A stretch of DNA of 64,000 bases from Centroscyllium fabricii. Lineage: Eukaryota. Positions 11,813-23,985 of the stretch are shown piece after piece (within the stretch, counting starts at the first letter, position 1; each line of letters starts with the position of its first letter). The notes below the pieces were generated by a model. It saw only the letters and a program-made list of their open reading frames with translations. It did not search any database and was not told where the DNA came from. The position numbers and the translations under genes are program-made. Location of the stretch: contig JBNRSN020000010.1 of the NCBI GenBank assembly GCA_051313645.2, positions 182,032,001 to 182,096,000 of the forward strand, written 5' to 3'.

Positions 11813-12900
11813 TCCGTGGTTGACGGCATTGGTGGCGGGTCCCGGCCCCGCTGCTGGCTCCATACCGGCCTCCGACATGACTTTCCCCTGATTGGGCTTG
11901 TTAAGCCCGCCCAGCACAATTCCCGGCCAATTGAAAGAAACGGGTGTGATTATGTAATTTAATGAATCATCATCAACCAGTTTCCTCGCGTAAGTTTATT
12001 TTGACATTTGTGTTGTCAGTGTTCTACAACACTGAGGTGCTGCAAACACTGGCAAGCACTGCACAGAGGTGCATGGCTGCACCCAGGCTCTCCCATAAGT
12101 CCCTACTTATGGGGGGAGCCACAGTATGCAGGAAGGTCCTCTTCCCTTCCAATGGGCAGAAGAGACCTCCCCAGGAGATCAAAACAGCCTGGTTGCACAT
12201 TGCAGAGGAGGGCACAAGTAGAGATGTGGTCAGGAGGACCAGGCTGCAGTGGTGCAAACCTTTCAGTGATCTCAGTAGATCACAAAATGTTACTGCTAAG
12301 CCACACTCAACCTCATCCTGCTGTGCCACTCATCACATCCCCATCACTCTGCCTTTCCCTACCCTACTCCTGCACATCCTTACTCACACCAACTTACCTT
12401 GCACCTCCACCCATCCCTCTCTATCTACATTATCACTTCCCCATCTCACCAGCCACCCCTCGCACTTTCCCATCCTCGTATAATCATACCAACTAACAAC
12501 ACACACACGTAGGCCCTTGGGTGTTTTAGCCAATGTTCATGTGAAGTTTCTGTTAATGTTCTGCCAAACATTGAAATCTTTATTTTCAACACTTTGCATT
12601 CTTGGGCAGATTTGTGTGCAACTTTGGAAGTGGCTTAGTGAGTTGCAGTGAATGGTGAGACATAATGGTACCCCCAGCAATGGTGATGAGTGTGAAAGGA
12701 ATGGCTTGGGCATTGTAGGGATGCTTTAAGTTGTTGGTGTGGGGTGATGCCAACCTGGCACATCATGTAGCAGCCAGGGTGTACAGCATCAAGTGAAGTA
12801 AATCTGGCCCTGGTGAGGCCATCCCTGGCATCCTGGACAGCAATGTGGTCGGGTGCTGATGCCCTCTGTCCTGTGCAGCATCAGGTGATTGCAAAGAAGG

Positions 12901-13138
12901 TGACGTATCGTCAATCAAATGCAAAGGACGAGTAGTTACTCAAACTATAGGCTTTTATTCACTAACAATGGAGCTGGTCTCCTGTTGAGTTCAAGGCGAG
13001 AGTGAGCGGGGGCAGGGCAGCCCTCACCTATATGCTCTGACCTGAGGGGAGGAGTTAGGGGTGTGGCTGACCTGGCCTAACATACAATATCAAGGTGAGC
13101 ACATCAACTATATACAATGGTAATACACGGTTACTACA
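12901..13138 (-). repeat. Gypsy solo LTR, 5-bp TSD GAAGG (family of the 61341 LTR)
   Basis: gaagg|tgacgtatcgtcaat...gttactaca|gaagg; shares its termini and gacgagtagttac with 61341-61630. Confidence 0.9.
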
Positions 13139-14329
13139 GAAGGTAGGTGTGGTTGGTATTGCTGTTGATGTGCCTGGTGATGCTGGTGTTGGGACTGATA
13201 GTGGTGGGATTCTGAGGACCAAGGTGAGAGAGTATAAAGTGCACCCATGCTGATGGAATAGATGGCAGGTGAGGTAGAGCTGACAGAAGCGATCTGTCAG
13301 AGGTAATGAGGTCAGACTGGATGGAGACTTGTGAAAAGACTTGCAGCATTCTGAATCTGTAGTGGAAATGCAGATTAGACAAGCTCGTGGTTAAGGGAAC
13401 ATTTGTCATTCAGCTGGGAGCTTTGACTTGACATTTGAAGCTGTCAACTCATCAGCTGATTCAATGCCCACTGACCTCCTGCCTCAGCTTCACAGATGAG
13501 GTCTAGGCACAGCAGGAAACCGGTGGGTGACCTGTCAAATTTAAAAAGCTGGGGGACAAAAAGCATTGTTAAGTGGCTGTAAGCAAGCCAGTAATGATTG
13601 GCTATTGGGTCTGTTGGGTCTGCTCAGTGCCGGTACACCCGATATCGGGAAATGCAGGTGTGCACATTTTGACAGTGGGTTCCTGACCCGCTGTCAATCA
13701 TTTTAAATTTCACAGCTGACCCACGGAGCATCAGCAAAATCACAGCCTTTGTGTTTGGGGATAGTGATCAGATTATGATTTGCAGTATGTTCTGCTTTTC
13801 AGCGCAGCAAATCGCAAAGGAACATTAACGGAGCCAACAAACCTGTCTGGGGGTCTGTGAGCTTTTCCTGCTCTGAATGAAGGAGGAAGTGTGGCCATGA
13901 ACAGGTAGGGTGCAAGAAACCGGAGACTGAAAATCAGTCTTTAGTCACAGTGGGCCTCAGTGCCCCCTGGGCTCAAGCAAAGAGTTTTCCCATTCCTGAG
14001 TGTCATTCAGTGACTCCCTTTGGAAGGTCCATGTGTCGTGAGCATCAGGTGAGAACGGGATAAGGCTCAGCTGTGATGCCGTCCATGGTCGAACGCCCCT
14101 GCTGCCACTCCCCGTCTAAGGCTTGCGCATGATGAATGGCCGCTTGGCCGAGGGGACCCGAGGGCTTTTGACGCCTATGTGGAATTATATCCCGTCAAGG
14201 AGTCGGCACCTTCAAGATAATAAAAAAAAGGAAGAGAAAACTTGGAGGAAGAGAGAGAGAGAGAGCACAGCTTTAAAAACCCGCTTCATGCATTGTGTGC
14301 TTCCGACTGACGTGAAGGCTCGTTGAGGG

Positions 14330-15070
14330 CTCAGCCCTTTGTTGAACTGAGTAACTTTAATCTGCTTTTCATTAAAAGAATCGCAGACAGGGAAAATTCA
14401 CGGCATAAAATAGGAAGGTAGCCTGTGAAACCTAAACACAGGTACTGGATTGTTTATAAGCGCCTTCAATGTAATATATGAGGTTTGCATTGGTGAAAGG
14501 GTGAGCGTACATTTTTTTATTATTAATTGGGTAGAAGATACTATAATAATAAACTTGAGCTGCACTCAATAAACAGTCAATTAATGGGCTAATCTCGGCA
14601 TCTCGGCCAATTATAATTGCTCCGAGAGACAGAAGGGCCTATTTTTTTTTGTCAAAATGTGCCCCAGTAGCATCTGGATTCTTGTATATACAATAAAGGT
14701 GTCCACTTCTCCTCGCATGTACTGCCTCCCCACTCCCATTCAGGGCTCTCGCTCTCTCTCAAAACGCTGGGGGCATGAAAGGCCCTTTTAAAGGTAAATA
14801 ATTGAAATAATTAGTGAGATCTTCCAAGATACACAGGCTCCCCTTCAAGCCGGAGCTAAGGCCCTCTCCTTCTGTCAGAGTACAAATTATCCCCATATGT
14901 TGATGTCCATCGTTTTCAGCTATGATTTATTCATTATGCGGAGGACTGTGTGCCAAATGGCGGAGGCTGATTTCCTCGACAATGGTGCAGCCCCGATCAA
15001 GCCACTGCAGGAGTAAAGATTATCGAGATACTTAACCCTTTAAAGGTCAGGGTACAGGATTACACTGTTC
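14330..15070. promoter_or_regulatory. Candidate conserved non-coding element cluster
   Basis: Repeat-free, rich in TAAT/ATTA and TGATTTAT-type motifs, no ORF. Conservation is inferred, not tested. Confidence 0.4.
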
Positions 15071-15256
15071 AAATCCATGCAGCTGTACTTCACAGCGAAT
15101 GCTTTAACTCTCTCCTCCCGGACATGCCTTGAAGCAGATGCTGAGCAAATTGTCAAAGTGGTCGTTGTTTTTAATATTTAAAGAAGTGCAGCTGACGCTG
15201 TGAAAATGCATTTGAAGGAATGTTTCTTTTGTTCCCAGTTTTCTCCCCCTTGTTTC

Positions 15257-15525
15257 ATAGAAACATAGAAACATAGAAGATAGGAGCAGGAGTAGGCCAT
15301 TCGGCCCTTCGAGCCTGCTCCGCCATTCAATGAGATCATGGCTGATCTTTGGCTGAGATCATGTCTGATCTTTCATGTTCAGTACACCATCCCCGCCTTC
15401 TCTCCGTAACCCTTAATCCCTTTAGCCTGAAGAAATGTATCCAATTCCTTCTTAAATATATTTAATGAACTGGCCTCCACTGCCCTCTGTGGCAAGGAAT
15501 TCCACAGGCTCACCACTCTCTGATC
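15257..15525 (-). mobile_element. CR1 3' end
   Basis: (catagaaa)n tail plus the reverse complement of the WNSLPQRAV region. Confidence 0.8.
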
Positions 15526-15783
15526 CTGAAAGGTGTGTGGGTTAGGTTGATTGGCCATGATAAATTGACCCTTAGTGTTAGGGGGATTGAATATGTGGGG
15601 TTACGGGGATAGGGTGGGATATGTGTCGGTGCAGGCTCGATAGGCATCGAGGGATATGGGGAGATGGCAGGGGCGGGGTACTGGGTTTGGATGATCAGCC
15701 ATGATCTCATTGAATGGCGGAGCAGGCTCGAAGGGCCGAATGGCCTACTCCTGCTCCTAGTTTCTATGTTTCTATGTTTCTAT
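15526..15783 (+). mobile_element. HE1-type SINE, 5'-truncated
   Basis: Matches the 3' half of 9161-9565. Confidence 0.85.
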
Positions 15784-15794
15784 TTCCCCCCCTA

Positions 15795-16006
15795 AAGGAA
15801 AATTACCAATGAACCAGATGGGGTTTTACGACAATCGGGTAATTTCATGGTCACCATGATTGACACTACATTTTTTTATTCTAGATTTATTAATTAACTG
15901 AATTTAAATTCCCCAGCTGCTGTGGCAGGATTATGAACTCATGTCTCATGGATCATTAGTCCAGGCCTACTGGATTGCTAGACCAGTAACATAACCACTA
16001 TGCTAC
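15795..16006 (-). mobile_element. tRNA-derived SINE 5' fragment (another family)
   Basis: Reverse complement gtagcatagtggttatg...gagttcataatcc has A/B-box-like motifs. Confidence 0.5.
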
Positions 16007-16008
16007 TA

Positions 16009-16640
16009 CAGGTTGTGCACCATTAATCCACCACGGGCGGGACCAGGCCCGTGCCGGGAAACTGAAAAAAACGGGAGAACGAAGTTGGACACTGCGCATG
16101 CGCACCATTCAAAATGGCCGCGATTGGGATTGCTGGCGCGTGCATGCGCAGATCAGCCAATAATGTCCGGCGCGAAGTTTTTTGAGGGGCTCAGGCTTGT
16201 GTGGCGTTCCGTTTGCCTTTTAGGGCTGTCGGGCAGCAGTGAAAGGCCGGTCTTGCAGGGGGGGAAGGAGGGTTGTGCGGGCGCGGGTCGGGCCCAGTAG
16301 GTTCGCCTTCCCTCTCCATCGCCTTTCGGGTTGCTGCTGCCGCCGAGCCGGACTCAGGCTGACAGCTGTTGCCTAGTGACTGTCCGCCTCAGTGACGGGG
16401 CTCAGCTGTCGAGAAAATAACCGGCGGCCGTATTGAATTATCTGCGCATGCGCAGATCATTCAAAACACCCGGCAGCCGTTTTGAATGATCTGCGCATGC
16501 GTTCGGCGCATGCGCAGATCATTCGCCGAAGCCGCGATGGCGGCTGCCATCTTGCGCATGCGCAGTGCAGTCGGGGCAATTTGTGCCGGCAGACTGAAGC
16601 TGCCGGCTTTTCGGGACACGGATTTTCGGTGCACAACCTG
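16009..16640 (+). mobile_element. Tigger/pogo-type MITE, copy 3
   Basis: TA|caggttgtgcaccattaatcc ... ggattttcggtgcacaacctg|TA; several tgcgcatgcgca palindromes. Confidence 0.85.
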
Positions 16641-16799
16641 TATACCCCTAAGCAAGATAGTGTCCGCAAGCAACCATCGACGGAAGGTGATGAAGAGCAG
16701 GAATCCTCTCCCTCGCCCAAGGCCACTGCAGCCAAATCTAGCACTCATGTCATTGCCCTGGTTGAGGTCAATGAACTCTGAGCGGATCCAGAATTAAAT

Positions 16800-17142
16800 T
16801 AGATGCTGAGAGGCTGTTTCCCCTGGCTGGAAAGTCTAGAACTAGGGGGGCATCATCTCAGGATAAGGGTTCAGACATTTAAGACTGAAAAGAGGAGAAA
16901 TTTCTTCACTCAAAGGGTTGTGAATCTTTGGAATTCTCTATTCTGAAAGGCTGTGGATGCTGAGGTGATGAGCATATTCAAGATAGAAATTGATAGATTT
17001 TTGGACTCTTGGGAATCAAAGGATATGGAGATCGGGCGGGAAAGTGGAGTTGAGGTTGAAGATCAGCCATGATCGCATTGAATGGCGGAGCAGGCCCGAG
17101 GGGCCGAATGGCCGACTCCTGCTCCAAATTCTTATGTTCTTA
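16800..17142 (+). mobile_element. CR1 3' end
   Basis: Contains tctagaactaggggg, ttcttcactcaaagggttgtgaatctttggaattc and the CR1 tail. Confidence 0.8.
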
Positions 17143-17609
17143 TATAAATCTGGAACCTTCTGAATTGCATGGCTTTCTACCACACTGCCTGGAGCATTGA
17201 CCCACTGACCCATTGGCAGACTTCGATTTTTCTTTTAAACTTGAATTGTCATTTCTGCGCAAGAGCTGTCGCCGTTCTGGTTGCTTCGTTGTTGCAGATC
17301 GGTGTGTACAGGTGGCCCTGTTTAAATTTACAGAGGGAGGGGGTGTCTCTGGAGAACCAACTATCCCAACTGGTTCCCAGTGATGTCATGAATTGGAAAC
17401 ATATTTTTATAACCATGTATGTAACACTATGCAAACACTATTAACTCAGCCTTCATTACAGGTTTGTGAAAATTAGGCATTTGCATTCACCTTAAATATT
17501 AGGTTAAAAAAATCACATAGAGTATTAATAGTCCCCACAGCTCCTGCGAGAGACAGAGTGGGGAGTAAATTCTATCCTGGACGGTCGAGTACAATGGGCG
17601 TTGGTGAAT

Positions 17610-18915
17610 TTACTCCCCCTCCCCGGTTTACTCCCCTCTCCCTCCCCGATTTACTCCCCCGAGTTTACTCCCTCCCCCTCCCCATTTACTCCTCTCCCTC
17701 CCCAGTTTACTCCTCCCCCTCCCCCTCTCCCTCCCCAGTTTACTCCTCCCCCTCCCCCTCTCCCTCCCCAGTTTACTCCTCCCCCTCTCCCCGGTTTCCG
17801 CCCCTCCCTAGTTTACTCCACACCCTCCCCCTCCCCAGTTTACTCCTCCCACTCCCCCTCCCCAGTTTACTCCTCCCCTTCCCCAGTTTACTCCTCCCCC
17901 TCCCCCTCCCCAGTTTACTACTCCCCCTCCCCCTCCCCCTCCCCAGTTTACTCCTCCCATTGCCCCTCCCCCTCTCCCCGGTTTACACCCCTCCCTAGTT
18001 TACACCACCCCCTCCCCATTTACTCCACCCCCTCCCCAGTTTACTCCTCCCCCTCCCCCTCTCCCTCCCCAGTTTACTCCATCCCCTCCCCCTCTCCCTC
18101 CCTAGTTTACTCCTCCCCCTCCCCCTCTCCCTCCCCAGTTTACTCCACCCCCTCCCCCTCTCCCTCCCTAGTTTACTTCTCCCCCTCCCCCTCTCCCTCC
18201 CCAGTTTACTCTTCCCCCTCCCCCTCTCCCTCCCCAGTGTACTCCTCCCCCTCCCCCTCTCCCTCCCTAGTTTACTCTACCCCTCCCCCTCTCCCTCCCC
18301 AGTTTACTCCACCCCTCCTCCTCTCCCTCCCTAGTTTACTCCACCCCTCCCACTCTCCCTCCCCAGTTTACTCCTCCCCCTCCCCCTCTCCCTCCCCAGT
18401 TTACTCCTCCCCCTCCCCCTCTCCCTCCCCAGTTTACTCCACCCCTCCCCCTCTCCCTCCCTAGTTTACTCCACCCCTCCCCCTCTCCCTCCCCAGTTTA
18501 CTCCTCCCCCTCCTCCTCTCCCTCCCCAGTTTACTCTTCCCCCTCCCCCCTCCCTCCCTAGTTTACTCCTCCCCCTCCCCCTCTCCCTCCCCAGTTTACT
18601 CCACCCCCTCCCACTCTCCCTCCCCAGTTTACTCCACCCCCCCCTCTCCCTCCCCAGTTTACTCCACCCCCTCCCACTCTCCCTCCCCAGTTTACTCCTC
18701 CCCTCCCCCTCCCCAGTTTACTCCACCCCCTCCCACTCTCCTTCCCCAGTTTACTCCACCCCCTCCCCCTCTCCATCCCCAGTTTACTCCTCCCCCTCCC
18801 CCTCTCCCTCCCCAGTTTACTCCTCCCCTCCCCCTCCCCCTCCCCAGTTTACTCCACCCCCTCCCACTCTCCCTCCCCAGTTTACTCCACCCCCACCCCC
18901 TCTCCCTCCCCAGTT
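17610..18915. repeat. C-rich minisatellite (ccccagtttactcc + variable cctcc units) inside a small TIR element (17560-19002)
   Basis: Dozens of agtttactcc-anchored units; flanks ggggagtaaattct / agaattcaccccc form imperfect TIRs. Confidence 0.9.
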
Positions 18916-19875
18916 TGGAAAGCAGGTCAGGCGGGGTGTAAAAGGCGCTGCCGATTCGTTACGCCCTGTTCTGTGCTACCACCCAAGACAGAATTCACCC
19001 CCTGCCTCCCTTTAGCTGTGAAACTTCTAAAGTAATTTTGCAACAAAAGTAAAATAGAATGGTAGAGTCAAATAGTTCCCAAAGGCATAAGCAAAACCAG
19101 AGGAGAAAATAAAAGTGCGGCATATGTAGACTTTACAAACGGGTACTTGACATTCCTCCAATCTTATGTCACAGTGCACAGAAGGAATTGCTATATAAAA
19201 CTTTGGTGAGAAACATGCCCCCAAGTTACTACCGATCAGGCGCTTCCATTGTTTCAGGAGGGATTAAAATTAAAAACCCACCAAAAAATAATAATATTTT
19301 CAAATGAGGTGGCGGACAACAGCAGCATTATAATTATGAAAGATTGGGCAGGTCGTAACTGCTTTTAATGACATAAAGCGATGCATGAAATGTGCCTATT
19401 GCTGAAAGGCAATATTCTCAGGGAGTCAGCACTCCCAGAGAGCCTGTAACGCAGAGCGAGGATCTAGCACTCTAAATATGGAGAGAGTGTCAGATTCAGC
19501 GTTACGAACATATTGCCATTATTTCTAGAACATCTCTCCTGCCCTGTTGCGATGGAATCTTCAATTAGCGAGGCTTGTTGACTTTTCAGGAGCTTGAATC
19601 ACACAATCTTCAGATCTGTGCCTGCTCCCTCACTGCCCCGAGACTGCAGTTCAAAATAATCAAAACTCGCATCCACTCAAATTTGTTTTAATCCCATTCC
19701 GCCCACCCACTGAAAATACGATTTTATTATTTGTCCAATTCTGTTATAAAAGATGCTCTTGTGATTCTTAATCATATAGCGGCATCAACAATCCCTGAAT
19801 ATATAACGATAAAATAAAGCACAGAAAGAGGCCATTCAGCCCATCGTGACTGTGCCGGTTCTTTGAAAGAGCTGT

Positions 19876-20268
19876 CATAGAAACATAGAAACTAGGAGCA
19901 GGAGTAGACCATTCGGCCCTTCGAGCCTGCTCCGCCATTCAATGAGATCATGGCTGATCATCCAAACCCAGCACCCTGTCCCTGCCTTGTCCCCATATCC
20001 CTCGATCCCTATCGAACCTGCACCGACACACATCCCACCCCATCCCCGTAACCCCACATATTCAATCCCCCTAACACCAAGGGTCAATTTATCCTGGCCA
20101 ATCAACCTAACCCGAACATCTTTGGACTGTGGGAGGAAACCGGAGCACCCGGAGGAAACCCACACAGACACGGGGAGAATGTGCAAACTCCACACAGATA
20201 GTACCCGAGGCTGGATTTGAACCCGGGTCTCCAGTGCTGTAAGGCAACAGTGCTAACCACTATGCCAC
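19876..20268 (-). mobile_element. HE1-type V-SINE, near full length, inserted in an older CR1 tail (~19819-20375)
   Basis: Highly similar to 9161-9565. Confidence 0.9.
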
Positions 20269-20650
20269 AGTCCCACTGCCCTGCTCTCTCCCCATAGCCC
20301 AGCCAATTTCTTCCTTTTCCAGTAGATATTCAATTCCCTTTTCAAATTTACTCTTGACTCTGCTTCCCCCACCAGGCAGTGAGCACCTCTGGAATCACCG
20401 CACACTCACCATCACCACAGTATTTGTTTCCCCTTTTTAAATGTTCGGCAAACTTCTGTGTCCATTCTAATCACTGAGGGATGAAACACTGTCTCCACTT
20501 TCTGCATTCGTGTCGGTATCGAGCACTTGCAATCAGGTTTGACACAAGGGAAAGGTTCCCTCGACTCGACCCCAACAACAGAGGAAGATCTCCTCTGTTT
20601 TCTACTGGAAAAACTTTTGCGATTTCGCTACTAATAACGAGCCACAGGAT

Positions 20651-21805
20651 ATAGAAACATCGAAACATCGAAGATAGGAGCAGGAGTAGGCCATTCGGCC
20701 CTTTGAGCCTGCTCCGCCATTCAATGTGATCATGGCGGTTCCCCGTACCCCGTACCTGCCTTCTCCCCATATCCCTTGATCCCTTTAGCCTTAAGGAATA
20801 TATCCAACTCCTTCTTGAATATATTTAATGAATTGGCCTCCGTGAATTCCACAGGTTCAACATTCTCTGGGTGAAGACATTCCTCCTCATCTCAGTCCTA
20901 AATGGCTTACCCCTTATCCTTAGACTGTGAACCCTGGTTTTGGACTCCCCGGCCATCAGGAACATCCTTCCTGCATCTAGTCTGTCCAAGCCTGACAGAA
21001 TTTTATAGGTTTCGATTAGATCCCCTCTCAATCTTCTAAACTCCAGTGAGTATAAGCCCAATCGACACTATCTCTCCTTATATGTCATTCCTGCCATCCC
21101 AGGTATCAGCCTGGTGAATCTTCGCTGCACTCCTTCCATGGCAAGAACATCCTTCCTCAGATAAGGCGACCAAAACTGCACACAATACTCAAGGTGCGGT
21201 CTCACCAAGGCCCTGTACAGCTGCAGCAAGACATCCTTGTTCCTGTACTCAAACCCTCTTGCTACGAAGGCCAACATACCATTTGCCTTCTTAACCGCCT
21301 GCTGCACCTGCATGCTTACCTTCAGCGACTGGTGCACAAGAACACCCAGGTCTGTTTGCACTTCCCCATCTCCCAATCTATTGCCATTCAAATAATAATC
21401 TGCCTTCCTGTTTTTGCCGCCAAAGTGGATAACCTCACATTTATCCACATGATAGTGCATTTGCCATGTTTCTGCCCAATCACCCAACCTGTCCAAATCA
21501 TACTGGAGTTTCACGACATCCTCCTCACAGCACACCCTCCCACCCAGCTTTGTGTCATCTGCAAATTTGGAGATACTACATCCAGTTCCCTTGTCCAGAT
21601 CATTAATATATATTGTGAACAGCTAGGGTCCTTGGACCGATCCCTGCGGTACCCCACTAGTCACTGCCTGCCACTCGGAAAAAGAGCCATTTATTCCAAC
21701 TCTTTGCTTTCAATCTGCCAACCAGTTCTTTATCCAAGTCAATATCTTGCCCCCAATCCTATGTGCCTTAATTTTGTACGTTAATCTCTAATGCGGGACC
21801 TTATC
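20651..21805 (-). mobile_element. CR1 LINE 3' part (RT)
   Basis: ORFs 21068-21535 and 20825-21061 (KCEVIHFG, LVRPHLEYCVQFWSPY); KFADD motif near 21555-21570. Confidence 0.9.
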
Positions 21806-21814
21806 TCCTGCCCC

Positions 21815-21964
21815 TCTAGATGCATAAGGCATCAAGGGGTATGGGGAGAGAGCGGGAATATGGGATTGAGATAGAGGATCAACCATGATCATATTGAATG
21901 GTGGAGCAGGCTCGAAGGGTCAAATGGCCTACTCCTGCCCCTATTTTTCTATGTTTCTATGTTT
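21815..21964 (+). mobile_element. CR1 3' tail, head-to-head with the previous copy
   Basis: gatcaaccatgatcatattgaatggtggagcaggctcgaaggg...ttctatgttt. Confidence 0.75.
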
Positions 21965-22879
21965 CCCCAGCACTACCCACCTCTACGCCTTAACAAACAA
22001 CCTGAAAATCGCACCCCTACCGCACCAGTGCAACAACTCAATTCCTCACACCAACCTTCCTTACACCCTTGCATAGCAAGATTGTCAGTGTGGAATTCTG
22101 CAGATAGCTTTAGCCATGCACCCATCCCCACTAGGAACCGCATTCAAATTCCACAAATCATTTTGTGAAGGACCATTACAGCAGGGAGGGAGGGCAGAAT
22201 CTTATCCTATCAATCTGGGTTAGATACAAACCTCGGCAGTGAAAGAACAGTAAAATAGCCCACTATGCTACCCAATCCCGCAAGCTTTTTTTTGTTGAGA
22301 AAAACTTAATGCAGATTGATTTTATTTGTTTTGCCTTGCACTTCTCAAAACTTTCATTATTCATTTATTCCTTTACATTATAGACCGTGAAAATATTACT
22401 CGCAATCCTCATTACATGCAGCACTCTTTCCTCACGCTGCTCACGCCATTAACCACACCACGTGACTGGCCCATTACTTGTTATAACACAACGGTGAACG
22501 TATCGGAATAAAATATCATAATATTAACATTTTCAATCAGAACAGGAAGTGCTGGAGAAAGTCGCAGCCGGTCAGTCCATCACTCAAAGAAACAGGACAG
22601 ATTCAGGGTGGGCTTTTCATCACAATTCAAACCCCCCAAACGTTAAGTAGCCTCTCCTCTGTCAAATCTGCAGAGGATTCATTTTCATTTCAGATTTCCA
22701 CCGAGCACATTTTTTTCTTTCTGAGATAGAAATTCAGTGGTGATGGTCTGTTAACCCATGAAATTTTCTATACATATAGAACTAGGTTTGTAAGAAAAAA
22801 GCTTCAATTTGTGACATTTTATCATTTAAAGTGCTCGCAATTCAAAACAAACTTTCATTGTCACCAAATATATCTATAT

Positions 22880-23985
22880 ATAGTGTGCGTGTGAGTGTGC
22901 ATGTGAGTGTGTGTGCGTATGAGTATGCATGTGAGTGTGAGGGAGCGTGTGAGCATGTGTGTGTGTGCGTATGAGTGTGCAAGTGAGCGTGTGTCTGTTA
23001 TTTTTACCTTGGGAGTTTTGCTGCAATCTCTGGCAAGCGTATGAGTGTGTGTGAGTGTGCGAGCGTGTGTGTGTGAGTGTGCATGTGAGCGTGTGTGTGT
23101 GAGTGTGTGTATGAGTGTGAATGTGCATGTGAACATGTGTTTGTGTGCATGAGTGTGCGTGTGTGCATATGAGTGTGTGTATGATTCAAGATTCAAGATA
23201 ATTTTATTGCCATGTGTAACTCGTACAATGGAATGTTTACTCCCCATTCACTCCCACAATTATAAATGTAGAAAAGCAAAAAGTAAAAAGTGAAAAAAAC
23301 AAACAAACAAGTATAAATATAGAAAAAATAATAATCAAATAAACAAATAAGTAACGAGTGCAGTTAGCAGTTCAGTAGGCGCACTGCCTGTGGGTGGAAA
23401 CCTTTTTTGAACCTGCTGGTCCTGGTTCGGATGCTGCAGTACCGACGGCCGGACCGCAGGAGGGAGAACAGATCATGCCCAGGGTGATTGGGGTCCTTGA
23501 TGATGGAGCGGGCCTTGTTCCGACATCTGGTCTGGAAGATCTCCTCGATGGATGGAAGTGCACACCCGATAATTTTTTCTGCCGTCCGCACGACCCTCTG
23601 AATGGCTTTCCTGTCCTGAGCAGTGGTGTTGCTGTATGAGTGTGAGTGTGCGTGTGAGCATGTGTGTGTGTGTGCGTATGAGTGTGCGTGTGTGCATATG
23701 AGTGTATGTATGAGTGTGAGTGTGCATGTGAGCGTGTGTGTGTGTGCGTATGAGTGTGAGTGTGCGTGTGAGCGTGTGTGTGATTGTGAGTGTGCGTGTG
23801 AGCGTGTGTGTGTGCGTATGAGTGTGCGTGTGAGCGTGTGTATGAGTGTGAGTGTGCGTGTGAGCATGTGTGTGTGCGTATGAGTGTGTGTATGAGTGTG
23901 AGTGTGCGTGTGAGCATGTGTGTGTGTGCGCGTATGAGTGTGGAGGGGTGTGTGCGTGTGAGCATGTGTGTGTAGGCGTGCATAT
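22880..23985. repeat. Degenerate (TG)n/GTGTGA microsatellite split by Rex1/Babar
   Basis: Visible tandem TG-rich units at 22880-23182 and 23635-23985. Confidence 0.9.
23183..23634 (-). mobile_element. Rex1/Babar LINE 3' end
   Basis: AQDRKAIQRVVRTAEKIIG..IIKDPNHPGHDLFSLLRSGRRY..FHPQAVRLLN; (tcttgaa)n tail. Confidence 0.85.

Larger units (their letters stand above)
11556..13747. mobile_element. Harbinger transposon fossil with Myb/SANT-like remnant
   Basis: TTT|ggccgcgattttgc ... gcaaaatcacagcc|TTT. Remnant AAPRLS..RKVLFPSNGQKRPPQEIKTAWLHIAEE..RRTRLQWCKPFSDL at ~12073-12283 (+). Hosts a Rex1/Babar fragment and a solo LTR. Confidence 0.7.

Noticed and set aside
17558-18776. Extensin-like Pro/Ser-rich ORFs (SPSPVYSS)
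   Set aside because: Translations of a C-rich minisatellite; no gene structure.
22540-22710. Old Penelope-tail inverted repeat or hammerhead
   Set aside because: Too degraded; ribozyme core not recoverable.
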